A DNA stretch of 64,000 nucleotides from Octopus vulgaris. Lineage: Eukaryota. The stretch is from positions 92,318,001 through 92,382,000 of the forward strand of contig OX597820.1 in assembly GCA_951406725.2 (NCBI GenBank), read 5' to 3'. The notes under the pieces are model-generated. The model worked only from the letters and a program-made list of their open reading frames with translations. It was not told the DNA's origin and ran no database searches. The position numbers and the translations under genes are program-made. Shown in pieces: positions 12,749 to 26,815 of this stretch (its first letter is position 1; each line of letters opens with the position of its first letter).

Positions 12749-15700
12749 CTCATATTCAAATATTAAATAATAGCGTATATAATACCAGGTATATGCAGAT
12801 ACTTTTAACTGAAAACATGGTAAAATTGCACACACCAATCGAAACACCTATCTCGTGCAGTAGACAAGAAACCTTGAAACCACCAAACGAAAAAAATCTT
12901 ATCAAATTTTGACCATGAAATTTAATGTAATCATACAAACAAAAATTGTGATTTCTTTGTATTGCAGGGTAATTTTTATGAAACTACTCGTACGTAAATT
13001 AAGCTGTAGATAATTTTTCATAGCATAGTAGGTGGATACATTCACCCTCAAAAATCAAACCCCAAATCTGGTGTTTATATTTTTCAAATTTCACACGGCT
13101 TCAACATTTACACGCAATTATACTCACACAAACACACACTCACGCATGCACACATGCACACACACACAGACACACGTGTATACATATGTATTTGATCTAT
13201 ATGCGCACATGCAAGCATAAAAAGCATACATCCATAGGCGCACATATATAAATGAGTATATACAAAAATATATATGTATGCGTGTGAATATATCTATGTA
13301 TGTATATAGATATATATTATAAATATATATACATGCGTGTGTGCATGTACATACATGTATGTACATATATACATATATATATATGATTATACATACATGC
13401 ATACATGTGTGAATATACAGATGTATGTATGTGTGTACGCGTGTGTGTGTTTATAATCATATCTGAGCAAAAATGTGTCTGATAAATGTGCAATTTGTAG
13501 TTGATGGTTCCCTTACTAGAAATTGTGGTTTGCGCTTTGCCCAAAGTAAAATTCATCTATCTAAAATATTTTCTATTCTTTTGTGAGATAGTGAACTAGG
13601 AATTATGAAACAACAGTTTTATTATAATGGAATAGATTAAGCGAACACTATCGAAACAAGGCAAACAAAACAAATCTCTCCAAAATTCATAAAATGTTCC
13701 CGTAAATCTAATATACCACCAAATAACGATAAATATGTATTTTAACCTGGCACTATCAGGTTTCTACGCAATCAAATTACTCATAAAAAATTCCTTCTTA
13801 ACACATCACACATAATTCAATACGACTGCCGGCAAATGTATTATTCTTCTTTAAAGTATTATGTACCTTTGTGCTCAATAATCCAGTCAGCTACCTTGCT
13901 TAGCTTCTACTGAATGTTCACTATCCTCATTTTATCGGAAATTTAAACGGTAATATGTGAATTAAAACAGGTATTGCAAATGGGTATTTTTACTGGTCCA
14001 AATTTTACGCATTTGGCAGACAACATCAGATTTCTTGTTTCTGGATGTCACAATTTTCAAAGGTTGAATCCATGTTATCATCAAGAATCGCAGAGTTTTT
14101 GCACCCATTTAACCACAACTGCATTGATTCTAAGTAACTATTCCCACCCCCTCTGTTTTGCCATTCAGGAATATCTGTTGACATGTTGTTGAATATTCCT
14201 TATTTCTAAATTGTTTTCCTTTTTTGCAACATTTCTCCATCGAATTCCAATGATTTCTTAATCACATTTTGTTCTGTTTTTCCGTGCAGTTAGATTGCAT
14301 ATACTTGCTTCAATGAATCTCCTTCATGTCTTCTGTGTGGAAGATTTTCTTGCTTGATAAGGATTTCTAGCTTCCTGATTGACCCATCTCTTCCGTACAG
14401 GGGGACAGTCATTGTGGACGTCATGTTAATAATATTTACAAGACTGAACATAAAGGATTACATTTCTAGTGTCTAAAAGAGTACACTTTCCTACATGCTA
14501 ATCAATTCACTTGGATGCCTTACATGCAGTGCAATCAATGCTATATACATCGACATATTCAGATATTCATAAATCCCTTGATGCCTTTCCTCGAAAATGC
14601 TTAAACACATGAGCATATGAACCTGTTGGTCCTCACCCGGAAAGATTCGGCTGGTACGAATTTTTGGTCCAATAATATAAAAAATTTCCTGAATATTCTT
14701 ATATTCCGTTTTCTGTTACCTAAGAATACACCAGAGGAATTGAGGTCAACCCTTATTCAGGTAATACTCCAAATAATATTTTCTTCAAGTGTGATGAGGT
14801 TGCGGAAACTTAACATTCCGTTAAGCGTTAAGATCGCTTTGAATTTTCTTCTCTGAAACCTGGTTATGAAGCTACACAGTAATCGGATTAAAGTAATGAA
14901 ATTCCCATGTATTTTGTGCTACATCATTGATTCACAAGAACATTTGAATCATGTAGCCTCACTTAATACAATTCGAGATAATGTTTTACTGAGTTATTCA
15001 CTTGATCGTTCATTTTTTTTAATAAGGTTGTACGTATGTTCTTTTGAGTTGGTGTGGAGGAAGGACGATTATAATGATTGTATTCTATTATTATTATGGC
15101 AATAGAAGCAGCTGTATCGCCACGAGACTATGTTGCTATAAACACTTTATAACCTGCTATTTCTGATAGTTCTGTCAGTAGAGCCTTCGTTCAATTTGCT
15201 TTTGAATGTCAAGTTTTGCATTATTATAAGCAAAGTAAATGTCTTCTATAAAACATTTTATAATCCAGTGATTAGCTACAATTTCATATAGTTTATGTGA
15301 AATGTTGACTTCTACTTAAACTTCCACTCAGCCTACGCCTTAAGAGGAAATTACGTAGCAGGAAATGTAGGATTCTGTCAGATCCATCTCCATAGGTTTC
15401 CAAGTCCCAAACTTTTTGCACATAATCAAAATCATTCTGAATGTTATGGTAAAAGCAAAAATATCAATGAAAATATTCACTTATATACATAATACAAATT
15501 ATGTTGAATGAAGAACTGAAACTCTGATATATGAAAATATGCTGATTTCCTTCACAATGGGTGACATATAACCACGTACCCTGTAACGGGTACCTGTATA
15601 TTTCACTTAAACTATTAATTAACCTAGTATTTGCGTCTAAAGTAATATGATATAGAATAAAGTGTTCTAACCAATATTCAGTCAAACAACTTCAGTATAT

Positions 15701-16899
15701 TTAAACTGAAGTAGGTAGAGTAACTATCTTATCCATTGAAAGAAGCCACCTCATATTTTATTCTGTGTAAGGTTTTGAGAACCGAAGAGAAAAAAAAAAT
15801 TACATAAACTATAAAATTTCAAATTTACCTCAATGGTGCTTATTTGGCCGAAGATCGGATATTTTATAGAAGAAACTCAAGTCATGACTATCCTGTCATT
15901 TCTATACCCACGAATGCACTATCCAATGTTTGGATTTGATTTAAGGAAGCTTTGGCAATTATCTCTCGCTAATCTAAGGAACTGCATAGCAGCTCGTTTA
16001 CTAACTCGCTCCGAGATAACTTCCTTTTGAAAATTAGATGTTCCTCTTAAATACATATATTTTTCATATACAGAGAGTCTATGTTATGTTTCTCTTCTTT
16101 GCTCAGTCTTTCATGAAATTATTGGACAGGTGTGTTGATTTATGATGGGTTACATTTTGTAAAATCAATAAAGTATCTTTGAACATGCTCTCTGAAAGTG
16201 AAAAATGGGAAATATATAACATCTGAAGACTCAGTTTTATAAATATATGTAAAATTAAAGGAAACATGTAAGGCTCTATGGAAAGAGATTTGCTCTACAA
16301 GCACCTGGTTTTTTTTGTTTCATTTTCAATTCTTGAGCAAAATGTTTATAGCAAAATCTCGGATAAACCAAATTTTGGGGAATGAAATTGGACAACGATG
16401 AATGCATGCAAGCCCGTTTCAGAAACCGTTTTTATTGTTTTGGTAGATTTAATACATTACCTGGCTCATGTTTAAATGAATCTCCATTTGAACTAGGTAT
16501 CAGCCCTGATGATAACTCTTCCGTATTCTTGTGTTTGACCAGTAGATAAGGTTTTGAAATATATTATAGAATTTTCCTTCTCTGCTCTGAATAAAACATT
16601 AAAATACGAGGCTTCTATCGGAAGTAAAGAAAGGGATTGGTTAAAACGTGGTTGCGAGGACTGTGCTTCATTTTTTCGAATATGTAGAAGTCGGAGGGCA
16701 ACAGATCCTGTTACCGTATAGAGAGGACCACTAACCTGCACAATTTACCGATTGCCTGATTGTGATGGTAAAGAAACGTGTGTAGTCACGCACTGTCATA
16801 GTGAATGTGGATCGCTTTCAGGTTCTTGATCACTATCTTCTCTTAATACCCTCTTAATATCTCTATGTACCACTCAGTGTTTAGATACAGCTACGTTTC

Positions 16900-17476
16900 A
16901 GAATATCGAGAGGAATGCTGCATTCTTGATCCCTATCAAAAAAGAAAAAGCCGTCACCATAAATTTATATGCTGTTCTTTTTCTCTTCAAAATTTTAGGT
17001 TTTCGGAAAGTGGTGTAAATTATTCTGGACTGAGCCTTTAGTTCTGGATCATAAGAAAACAGCCACATTTCGTTCTATGTTACCAAATCGAAAAGGAAAG
17101 TGTCTTCATTGGTTTCAGTTACTTCAAGCCGATTAGAACATACTTCCACGCTTGAGTTATCCTCACTTCACTCACTTTCCTACACCCAAAGTCTTCAATG
17201 ATTTTCTGCCATGCAGTGTGTCCAGACTCCACTTGCGCAGCAAACACGTGGTCTATGACTCCACTGTCTGCTTGAATCAATTCGTCCATTCGTTGACCTG
17301 TAAGTGGTTGCAGTTGATGTCGCCTTCTGCTTACTTCATCTTCAATGTTGGTTTCCATTTCTTTAAACTTCGTCACTCCTTTGTGAATATTGTTCGTTTC
17401 AGATATCTATATGTCAGATATCTATGGTAACAACCTACTACTTTCTGTGGCTATCAAACAGTCTGAACCCCCTCAT
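16900..17476 (-). mobile_element. Mariner transposon remnant (5' half)
   Basis: Minus translation IIEDFGCRKVS, then FLFDLVT*NEMWLFSYDPELKAQS (the VTGDETW..YDPE.K.QS motif). TIR-like end near 17476. Confidence 0.75.
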
Positions 17477-17999
17477 TCGTTTAGATCTTAATGATGGTCC
17501 GTTGCAATGAAAGAGAACAAGAAGAAAAGTTACTAAAGTGGAATAGGTATTTAATCAACATGTGCAATTTGAAGCTTCTATGTTATTTTTGCCCACGTAT
17601 GCATTACTTAAGTAACAACACTTGCATATCCTACTTGAAAACTACCAACACTACATATTCATATTAGTCAACGCAATATGTATATTATGTGTAGTTCTAT
17701 AAAACATATCAATTCCTATTACATCGTGTTAGTTCCATCAGCTCCTGGCTAGTATGATATCTATAGCTTTTCTCTGAATACAATCTATAAATTGAAGTGA
17801 AATGTCCTCTACTAGCGACCGTAAACGTGTTGCAGCCTTGTAAAGTTGGGGACCTATAGAATTCTCCTATAATCATGCATTAATATCTATAACAAAAATA
17901 ATGTTACGATTCACGGTTTTCACTCAGGTGGGTTTTAAAGGTAACAAGCTAAAGGATGTAACTAAATGACAACCCCCTTTTTTTTCAGAATTATCAAAT

Positions 18000-18207
18000 A
18001 TTGACTTCAAATTGTGACAGAAGTCCAATGAGTTCGGAAAATGGGGTAAATCAGTTATATCGATCCAAGTGGTCATCAGGTATATATTTCATTAAATTGG
18101 ATGAAAGGCAAAGTCGACCTCGGCGAAGTTTGAACTCAGAATGCAAAGACGGACTAAATGTCAAGAAATATCTTGTCCGGCATGATAACAATCCAGCTTG
18201 CTGCCTT
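18000..18207 (-). mobile_element. SINE family B copy
   Basis: ggatgaaaggcaaagtcgacctcggcgaagtttgaactcagaa core. Confidence 0.8.
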
Positions 18208-19200
18208 GGTATTATCAAATATTAATGGAGATAGCATGCTCTGCTCAGTTATGCACTTGACTAAAATCAAACAAACTGCTCTCACATCAATATGGCATCA
18301 TGCAACGCCTATCTAAATGTAACATTGAACTATGCATTCTCCATGCATTAAATTTGAACACAGATGGAATAAGCATGACCGGAAGGTTTTGGATCATATG
18401 TGTGCTGGTCAAAGTTGATCAAGGCTCAAATCACAAGAATTATAGAATACACTTTTATAAACAAATATGTCTTTTGTCTGACTAGTTTCGGTGTTCGAAT
18501 GCCATTAAATATATATCCCGTGTTGATTAAACAACATAATGCATACCTAATATCCTAGTCAACAAAGAAATCAATTTCCAGTTGCTCCACCTGACAAAAA
18601 TAGTAAGCACAATATCCTCATCTTATACACTTCTGAAAGCATGGAAGACATATGAGATAATAGAATATTTATACATTTCTGAATAGAAGGATATTCAGGA
18701 CTAGATACACTTTAATCGTAGCTCAGCTCCATTAGTGAATACCGATTTCTAAACAAGCAAAAGAAAGACACCAGAATCGAAAACTGACATGCGATACTCT
18801 CACATTTTCTAATAATTGCAAACACTTTGGGGGAAAGAGTGTGTGTGTGAGATAGAGAGCTAAAGAGAGAAAGAGAAAGAGAGAGAGAGGGAGTGAGAGA
18901 GGAAAAGGCAGAGGGAGAGAAACAAAGAAGAGAGAGTGCTTGATTACATGCAAGATCCACAAACCTTCACAAAACCACTTAGAAATGATTTGTGTTATGT
19001 GAATCTTCTGGAATTGCTGCAAAAACGGTAGAGCTTATCTTAGTTTCATACATGATACACTCCGGAGAGCTTCCTCAACAATCACATCAGGGATTAAATA
19101 AGTCAAAGCAAATACTTACAAAACTGAGATACAATTCTACTGATGGCTCCACATAGCTCAATGTGCATTTTATTTAAAGTAAGAGAATTCATTTGTCTCA

Positions 19201-19401
19201 TCAAAAGAAGAGTTTGGACATCAACAAAAGAAAATAGAAAAAGTCTGCAGCCCCATCATCACAAAGCTCTATCAAGCTACTGGTGGTATGTCCGGTGGTA
19301 TGCCAGGAGGTATGCCTGGTGCTATGCCAAATTTCGGAGGTTCCTCTAATGGTGCAACAAAAGGAGTAGGCAGTGGCCCTATCATTGAAGAGGTTGATTA
19401 A
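19201..19401 (+). pseudogene. HSP70: Cytosolic HSP70/HSC70 C-terminal fragment (5'-truncated pseudogene)
   Basis: Translates to [47 protein letters not shown]...[10 protein letters not shown]. In-frame TAA at 19180. No splice acceptor and no upstream HSP70 sequence seen in the window. Confidence 0.9.
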
Positions 19402-19470
19402 AACCTTTTTCATTCTATATTCTGGCCACATCACGTTGCTACCCTCATATATTTATTATTATTATTATTA

Positions 19471-20886
19471 TTTTTTTTTTTTTTTTACTTCTTTCAAATT
19501 TGCTTCCATTTCTTGCCGAGTGTCTTCCCGACTCCTAGGGCAAAGAAACTCATAGTATACATTGGTAGGCCATCAAACCAAACTCAGTAGTTCGTTAATT
19601 TTTTTTTTTTTTTTTTTTTTAAAGTTAAATTAAAATACATGAGCAGCAACAGTTCTCACATCGACAATGCTCTTCTCAATACGTGTGATGTACCAGTTAA
19701 GACAATCTTTTGCACTTCTTGCAGGGATGGTAAGCCAGGTATCATTCTCATATAATTTTCGGTTCCCTTCTTGATCATTCCTAGTTCTCCTACGATCACT
19801 GGTATTGTAACCGCCTTGAGATGCCACATTTTCTCAATTTCAATGAGTAGGTCTTTATATTTTCTGAGCTTGTCAAACTCTTTCGCTGAGATATTATGAT
19901 CACAGGGGATGCTCATGTCGATCAATAAGCAAACTTTATTGTTTTGGTCTTTCACAACAATATCTGGTTTATTGGCCTTGATGGTTCGGTCTGTATGTAC
20001 TGGAAAGTCCCACAGAATGGTTACATTTTCTCCTTCAGTTACAGCCTCAGGGTGGTGATTATACCACTTGTCGGCAGTTTTGATATTGTAATGCCGACTT
20101 ATTAGCCAGTGGAGATATTGGCCAACTCTGTCATGTCTTAATTTATACTCCAACTGGTGCTAAGACTTTACATCCAGAGATTAGGTGGTCCACTGTTTCA
20201 ATCATGTCGTTGCAGAATCGGCATTTTGGGTCTGCTCCATTTTTCATCACATTAGCCTGGTAGTTCCGGGTTAATAGGGTTTGATCTTGAGCAGCCAGGA
20301 TGAAACCTTCGCTCTCTGCTTTTAGCCCTGAGCTCCGTAGCCACTGATGGGTTTGCTTCTGGTCAACATCAGCTTGTTTGCTGCGGGTCACATATTTGCC
20401 GTGCAGAGGTTTCTCCTCCCACCTATCAGCCAATTGCTCGTGCGCTTTTTTCATTGCCATCATTTTCACCTTCTTTGCAACAATAGTTGCCGTACTTCCC
20501 TCGGGTTGTTCAGTTTGGGTATCCTGCACGAGATCAATAGCAAATATTTTGCTTTCCTTTATTATAGAATGAAGCTTCTTTCGTCTCTCGTGATTTTCCA
20601 CGAGCTTTAGCATCCAGTCATTCGATATTTCGAGATATTTGGCCAGTCCAATTGTGGTTGTTTTGTAAGCAAGTTCAAATTGGATCAGGCCTCGACCTCC
20701 TTGGGCTCTGGGAAGGTAAAGGCGATCTACGTCTGCCTTTGGGTGGTGCATCCTATTACAACTCAGCAGCTTGCGTATTTTCCTATCTATATTCTTTACT
20801 TCACTTATATTCCAGTTCAACACATTGTAGCTATAAGTAACAACTGGAACTGCTAAGGAATTTATAGCTAACACCTTGTTACGTGC
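19471..20886 (-). mobile_element. R4/Dong-type RLE non-LTR retrotransposon, 5'-truncated, well preserved
   Basis: ORFs 20143-20874 (AINSLAVPV, HPKADVDRLYLPRAQGGRGL, CRFC..ETVDHLISGC) and 19656-20153 (RHDRV, KPDIVV, LIDMSIP, K..KY), joined by one frameshift near 20150. A-tail at 19471-19486; (TAA)n on both flanks. Confidence 0.93.
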
Positions 20887-20887
20887 A

Positions 20888-20972
<85 letters not shown>

Positions 20973-21050
20973 TTTTTTGTTGTTGTTGTTGTTGTTGTTC
21001 TTGGTCTTGTTCTTTTTGCTGTTGTTGTTCTTGTTATTACTATTATTATT

Positions 21051-21162
21051 GGGTGAGAGAGCAGCGCATGCCATCAAAGTGACACTGGGGTAAAATATGC
21101 GAAGCCCAGTATACCCATCATGACTACCCATTTGATAAGGGTACTCTAGACACATGCATCAC

Positions 21163-21163
<1 letters not shown>
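21051..21163 (-). mobile_element. Short copy of the end of a non-coding repeat embedded in (TAA)n
   Basis: gtgagagagcagcgcatgc.atcaaagtgacactggggt is repeated at 21279-21390. Orientation inferred. Confidence 0.6.
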
Positions 21164-21233
<70 letters not shown>

Positions 21234-21278
21234 GTTATTATCAGTTATTGCTATTGTTGTTTTTGTTGTTATTATTAT

Positions 21279-21880
21279 TGAGTGAGAGAGCAGCGCATGC
21301 TATCAAAGTGACACTGGGGTGCAAATATATGAAGACCATTATACCCAACATGACTACTCGTCTGATAAGGCTACAACTGGCATATACATCACAACCGTAT
21401 GTGCGCGACATGGTAATCTCATATTAAGATAAATAGCGCATGACATTGCATGTGTCTACCACATGGAATTTTCTTCGGTTCGAGTGACCCACCTGATCAA
21501 ATGGTTCCTGAATAAGATTTATTTAAGGATGATGAACCCCCCCAAAAAAACATGCTTCCAGAGGTTAATTATCAAAATCCCCCCAATTAATTTCAACATA
21601 TAGTTATATTTCTCTCCCACTATTTCTGTTCGTGATCAAAGATGAACATATCGTCAGCCACTAAAGGACATGCTCAACTGGTTAAGGTCAAACAACTGAC
21701 AAGCAAATCTGTGGTATTGAACAGAATATTTACTGTAGCCCATCTTTTATACCAAGACAAAACAATGTATATGGTAACACTTCCAATCAGTTAAGATCAG
21801 AAACCATTGATAACACTTCCAGTCAGTCAAGATCAAAAGTCATTGATAACACTTCCAGTCAGTTACGATCAGAATCTATC
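21279..21880 (-). mobile_element. Non-coding repeat element embedded in (TAA)n, possibly a non-autonomous Dong partner
   Basis: Shares its terminus with 21051-21163, is flanked by TAA repeats and has no ORF. Confidence 0.5.
21775..21876. repeat. 36-bp tandem repeat, about 2.8 copies
   Basis: taacacttcca.tcagt.a.gatca.aa..cattga at 21775, 21811 and 21847. Confidence 0.9.
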
Positions 21881-22337
21881 TATTAATATTATTATTGTTG
21901 TTATTATTATTTATTATTACAATTTATTTTAGCTCCTGGAGTCTTGTGTGTATAGCGGGATTACTACGTTCAGCCCACAGTACGATGCTATTTGTTCTGG
22001 CAGCTAGTAGAGTCGTTTGTACGTCGGCAAGCTGGCAGAGTCGTTAGGAAGCCGGGCTCATGTTTACAGCAACAGGAACATAGAATACATATTCTACTAT
22101 GATCCAATGTAAAGATAGATGTTATGCTTGAGCACCTGGAACCTTGCCACCTGTTACCAAATTTACTATGCTATTTGCCCTCTTCATCAATCTTGTACAG
22201 GTATGTTATCACGTATTTAAAATGATTATACACCTCTGCTTTCTCACATGTGGGAAAAAAGTTGATGGTAAGTAGTAACATACTATAAATGTGGAGGTTT
22301 CAATCCCTTCCTGGAAGACTTGATATGTGTTTAAGAT

Positions 22338-22525
22338 GACGCTCTGGTAGAACAGTTACCACACTTGTCAAAATGCCTAACAACATTTCATTGCTGTTTA
22401 CGTTCTGAGTTCAAATTCAACCGAGGTTCACCTTGTCTCTCATACTTTCGTTGTCAAGAACTGGGATCGATATCATCGTATATCCTTCTCTCCTAAATTT
22501 TAGGCCATGTGTCTATATTAGAAAG
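22338..22525 (+). mobile_element. SINE family B copy, degenerate (extra head fragment at 22026-22066)
   Basis: tacgttctgagttcaaattcaaccgaggt B-box/core. Confidence 0.7.
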
Positions 22526-22735
22526 CATTATTATTACTTTTATCATTTTCATATCTAATATTTGTTGCAGGAAATATCGTCAGACACATTAAGGCCTGTG
22601 TTTAAGTTTTCCGATCGCTCTTTTTTCACTGCAGCCATCTGTTATCTGTTATATTTCAAGAATATCTGTGCATCTTTATATTCTTTCATTTGTTTTTAAA
22701 TCTTCCTACTTGCTTTTAATTTTTGTCAGTCATCA

Positions 22736-22798
<63 letters not shown>

Positions 22799-22816
22799 CA
22801 TTATTATTATTATTTT

Positions 22817-25140
22817 ATTGTCTTTGCACAGCTTCTAACACTGGAGATGTACTACGTTGTCAGCTGTTCACTACCAGTGGAATAAGGTAACACTTCTTAT
22901 TTATCGAGGACCATCAGGAGTATTCGAGCAGTTCCGAGCAGTGCTGTTTTCTGCAAGTGCTCCAGCCTTATTGCGTCCACTAATTGTTCCATGTACTTCT
23001 CAAGGTATTTATTCACTATTCACACGGCTCCGACAATTATTGCTAATACTACCACTTTTTCAGCGATAACAGCTGCTTAACCTCCAAAGCTAACATGTTA
23101 TATCTATTGACTTTTCTTTCTTCCTTATCGCATAGCTTGTTGTCAGCTGGGCATGCTATATCTATGATCCAGTATAGTTTATTTTCTTTCGCAGTTAAGA
23201 CTGGTTACTTATTCTCTATCACATTGTTGCACTGAATCATAAAATCCCATAGCCTTCGCGTTTATGTCCGTACTACTTTTTGCTCTGTCAAGTTCATACT
23301 TTTTGCAAAGTGCCCAATGGACAATCCATAGTATATTGCTATTATGACACATATTCTTTGCGGGCTAATGGCGTACATTGATGGTAATATACCATACCGT
23401 TTCACCTTTTTCTCCACAAATTCTGCCCTGATCACTTTCTAATTTGTTGTTCATTCTGTATTTCATATAGTTGGTTCTTAATGCTTGCTCTTGGACAAAG
23501 TTCGAGCCTCCGTTTCCGGTTTTAAATCACTTTTAGCCATTCATAGCCATCTTTTTTCTCTGTCTGTCTTATCTTCAACATCCATATGAAATTGTTCATG
23601 TATTTTTTTCTTTATCCACCTATTTTCAGTTTCATTCGTTTTCAATTTCTTGTATAGTGTTTTATCTTTGCAATCTTTCATCCTACAGAAGCCTGACCTT
23701 CCTCCTTCAAATAATAGCGGTTCTGTGGCATTTTTTTACATACCATGTTATGTTGTTTTCTTCTGCTCTTATGCTGTGTTCGCATCCAATAAGACATCTT
23801 CCACCTCTTTTTCTTAATTCTCACAGTCTGTCTGTGTCAAATTTTAGGTGGAGTGTCCCATATATAGTTAGCAGCTTCCTTGTCTTTCGTTCGTCTACTC
23901 TCCATGCGATTATCCTTACTCCATATCTAAGGAGTGAAACAACCCAGGTTTTGATAGCTTCAGTCTTATTCCGACCGTTTAATTTCGACAACCTCCCCCG
24001 ACGATATCGTTAGCTCGTCCATACATTTGATTTTGCCTCTCTTCAAGACTAACATACCATTTTTTGTTGGCCGCTTTTGAATACATATCCAGCTTTTGCT
24101 TTCCTTAGAATCAGTGTTAGTGGTATCAGGCATAGTACAAAGATCAGTGGGGACAGACAATCCCCTTGGAAGATGCCCCTCCTATTTTCTACTCTCCCTA
24201 AACTTCTTCCGTATGCTGTCAGGTCCGTCCTCCAATTCGCCATACTTTTCCCAAACAATCGCTCAGCATTTGATACAATATCAAATCGGTCCATACACTC
24301 CATTATCCAAGAATGTGAGATCATATCGTACGCCTTACGATAGTCGATCCATGACATGGCTAAGTTACTTTTCCTTCTCATGCAGTCGCTGAGAACATTT
24401 TTGTCTATCAGAAGTTGATCCTTGGTACCTCTGCACTACGCTTGCAACCCTTCTGCTTATGTCGCAGGACTCCATTTTTTCGTATGTTCGTTCATTGACT
24501 CTGCGAGCATTCCAGTCATAATTTCCACATAAGTGGTGGACAGGGTATCAGTCTGTAATTGTCTACCGTAAATCCTTTTTTTGTGTTTTTCAAGCACAGC
24601 ACTGTCCTACCCAATGTCAACCACTCTTGTGCTACTTGGTCGGCATTTAACAAGGCGTTGAGTTACGCAGCTATTCGTGCATGACATTCACCAAATATTT
24701 TGATCCAGTAGCCTTGAACTCCGTCTGGTCGCGGGGCCTTCCAGTTGTTCATTTTTTTGCTGATTTCATACACTTCCATAATTGAAATGACTACTTCTGC
24801 CTGTTTTGGACATACTACTGTTTGCTTCAGTTCTTGCAACTATTTAGCTTTCCTTCCTGTGTTCCTTGTCTTTGCTCCAGATGTCACTCCAAAACCTTTG
24901 ACTTTCAATGTTATCTGTACACTCTCCATTTATTTCTTTACAGAATCTCTGCTGATCTACTCTGAATAAGCTATTGTGGTGGTAACCCTTCATTCTTTGG
25001 TCATATCTTACCATCTTTACTTTCTTTGCAATGAGGCGCTGTTTCGGTTCCTCCAATGCTACTTTCAGGTAATGTGTTCAAATTCAGCCGTACTGGGATT
25101 GATGTAATCGACTTCTTCTCTTTCCCCGAATTTAAAGCAT
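22817..25140 (-). mobile_element. R4/Dong-type LINE, decayed RT + CCHC + RLE, between (TAA)n tracts
   Basis: [47 protein letters not shown]. Many frameshifts. (ATT)n at 22737-22812 and 25160-25370. Confidence 0.9.
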
Positions 25141-25175
25141 TTTGCTTCCAGAAAAAAAGATTATTATTATTATTA

Positions 25176-25296
<121 letters not shown>

Positions 25297-25899
25297 CATC
25301 ATCATCATCATCAATGTTTTCGTTATTATTATTTTTACTATGAATATTATCATTATTATTATTATTATTGGGAATTTTCTCTCATTATTAATTACAAGAT
25401 ATTACAATCTACTCTGGAAGAAAGACTGCATATAAATGCTATAAAGACTGTAACATGAGGTTGATTTGAAAGTAAAGCTAAGAATCTCTCAACTACCATA
25501 GTTTCAATAATGTCTAGAATGTCACAGATTCATTAACTCTCAAATTTTTATTTCAATAGTACAACATGTCGCCATCGTATTTCATTTGAGATCTCAAACA
25601 TTCTAAAGTGCTAACAACAATGTAACATCAAACAATGTTAAGAAACGAGCACATTTGACTTCTTCAGAGAGGACACAGTAAGATATAGAGAGAAATGGAC
25701 AATGAAAGAGGTGAAGTTATCGCGATATACTAGCGTAATGTTTAGAGCTCAGTAAACGGAGAATACAGATTTTAGTATTATCTAGTCTAAAGACAGACAG
25801 AAGAAAAATAATGTTAAAAAGGTGAAAGACTTCTCAGTGATGCTGAGAATATAACACTGATGAAAATGTTGGCTGTCATTATATTAATATCTATGTGAT

Positions 25900-26125
25900 C
25901 TAAATAGCCCTGGGTCAACATATGAGGTTATACAACTCTACGGTTCCACAAGAGGTATGAGAGATCGAAAAAGATGAGATTTTCCCTTTATACAGTTTCT
26001 CCTCATAGTCATACATAGTTGGCGATGCAAAGATTTATACAAGTGGCTAGAGACTTCTTAGTATTGCAGGATTTTTGGGGACATGGTAAGGGGAAACTGT
26101 AGATTCTTTGCTGTTTGCACTTTCA
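25900..26125 (+). mobile_element. Possible ancient CR1/L2 RT remnant
   Basis: STVPQE and VGDAKIY resemble SGVPQG and ADDAKIY in the expected order. Very degenerate. Confidence 0.3.
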
Positions 26126-26471
26126 GAATGACAGAGTTTTAACACATCACGTCATTATATTTGTTTACCGAGAATTTTTTGTAATGGCCTTACTATTATT
26201 ATTGGTTTCATAAAATAAAATTAAATTTTGAAGCTCTAAAAATAACTAAACAAATGAAAACAATATAAACAAGGTGAAGTAACAGATGTTATTGTCAGAA
26301 ATGTAGCAAAAGAGATTGTATGAAGATACATCTATTTGATTATGTAACAAAGAATTTTACTCAACAGACAAACAGAAATTTGTAAACGCAGAACTATCTC
26401 AATCACAGCTATCATAGAGATATAGATACGATGAGTCAAGTATTCTTGTAATACGGTGAGTATATGTATGC

Positions 26472-26556
<85 letters not shown>

Positions 26557-26584
26557 CGTGTGTATGCGTGTGTGTGTGTGTGTG

Positions 26585-26815
26585 GAACAAAAACTCGATA
26601 AAGTGTATTAAAACGTTCGGATAGATAGACGACACAAAGGCAGACAAAAGGTGCAAAAATTAGGACAGGCAATAAAGACATTCTTTCCTCAGCCACGACC
26701 ATTTCGGATAGTGACTCTTGAGTTGGTTAGATCTGGTTGTCCCCAAAAAGGTCTAAGCTAAGAGCATTAGATCCCTTTGTAAGAAAGCTAGCGAATGTTT
26801 ACGGCAACAAAGATA
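26585..26815 (-). mobile_element. Short pLTR-like module with partial hammerhead remnant
   Basis: Lies between (GT)n and A/(TA)n tracts. Minus strand has gg-CUGAGGA-aagaaugucuuuauu but lacks the GAAA half. Confidence 0.35.

Noticed and set aside
17119-17376. 85-aa ORF as a host exon
   Set aside because: It continues into mariner motifs (W..YDPE.K.QS), so it is a transposase relic.
19143-19434. Listed ORFs 19143-19349 (+) and 19201-19434 (-), or an intact HSP70 gene
   Set aside because: The listed ORFs are off-frame or antisense shadows of the HSP70 fragment. No ATPase or substrate-binding domain exons were seen.
21775-21876. 36-bp repeats as a CRISPR array
   Set aside because: The units are contiguous with no spacers, there are no cas genes, and the context is eukaryotic.
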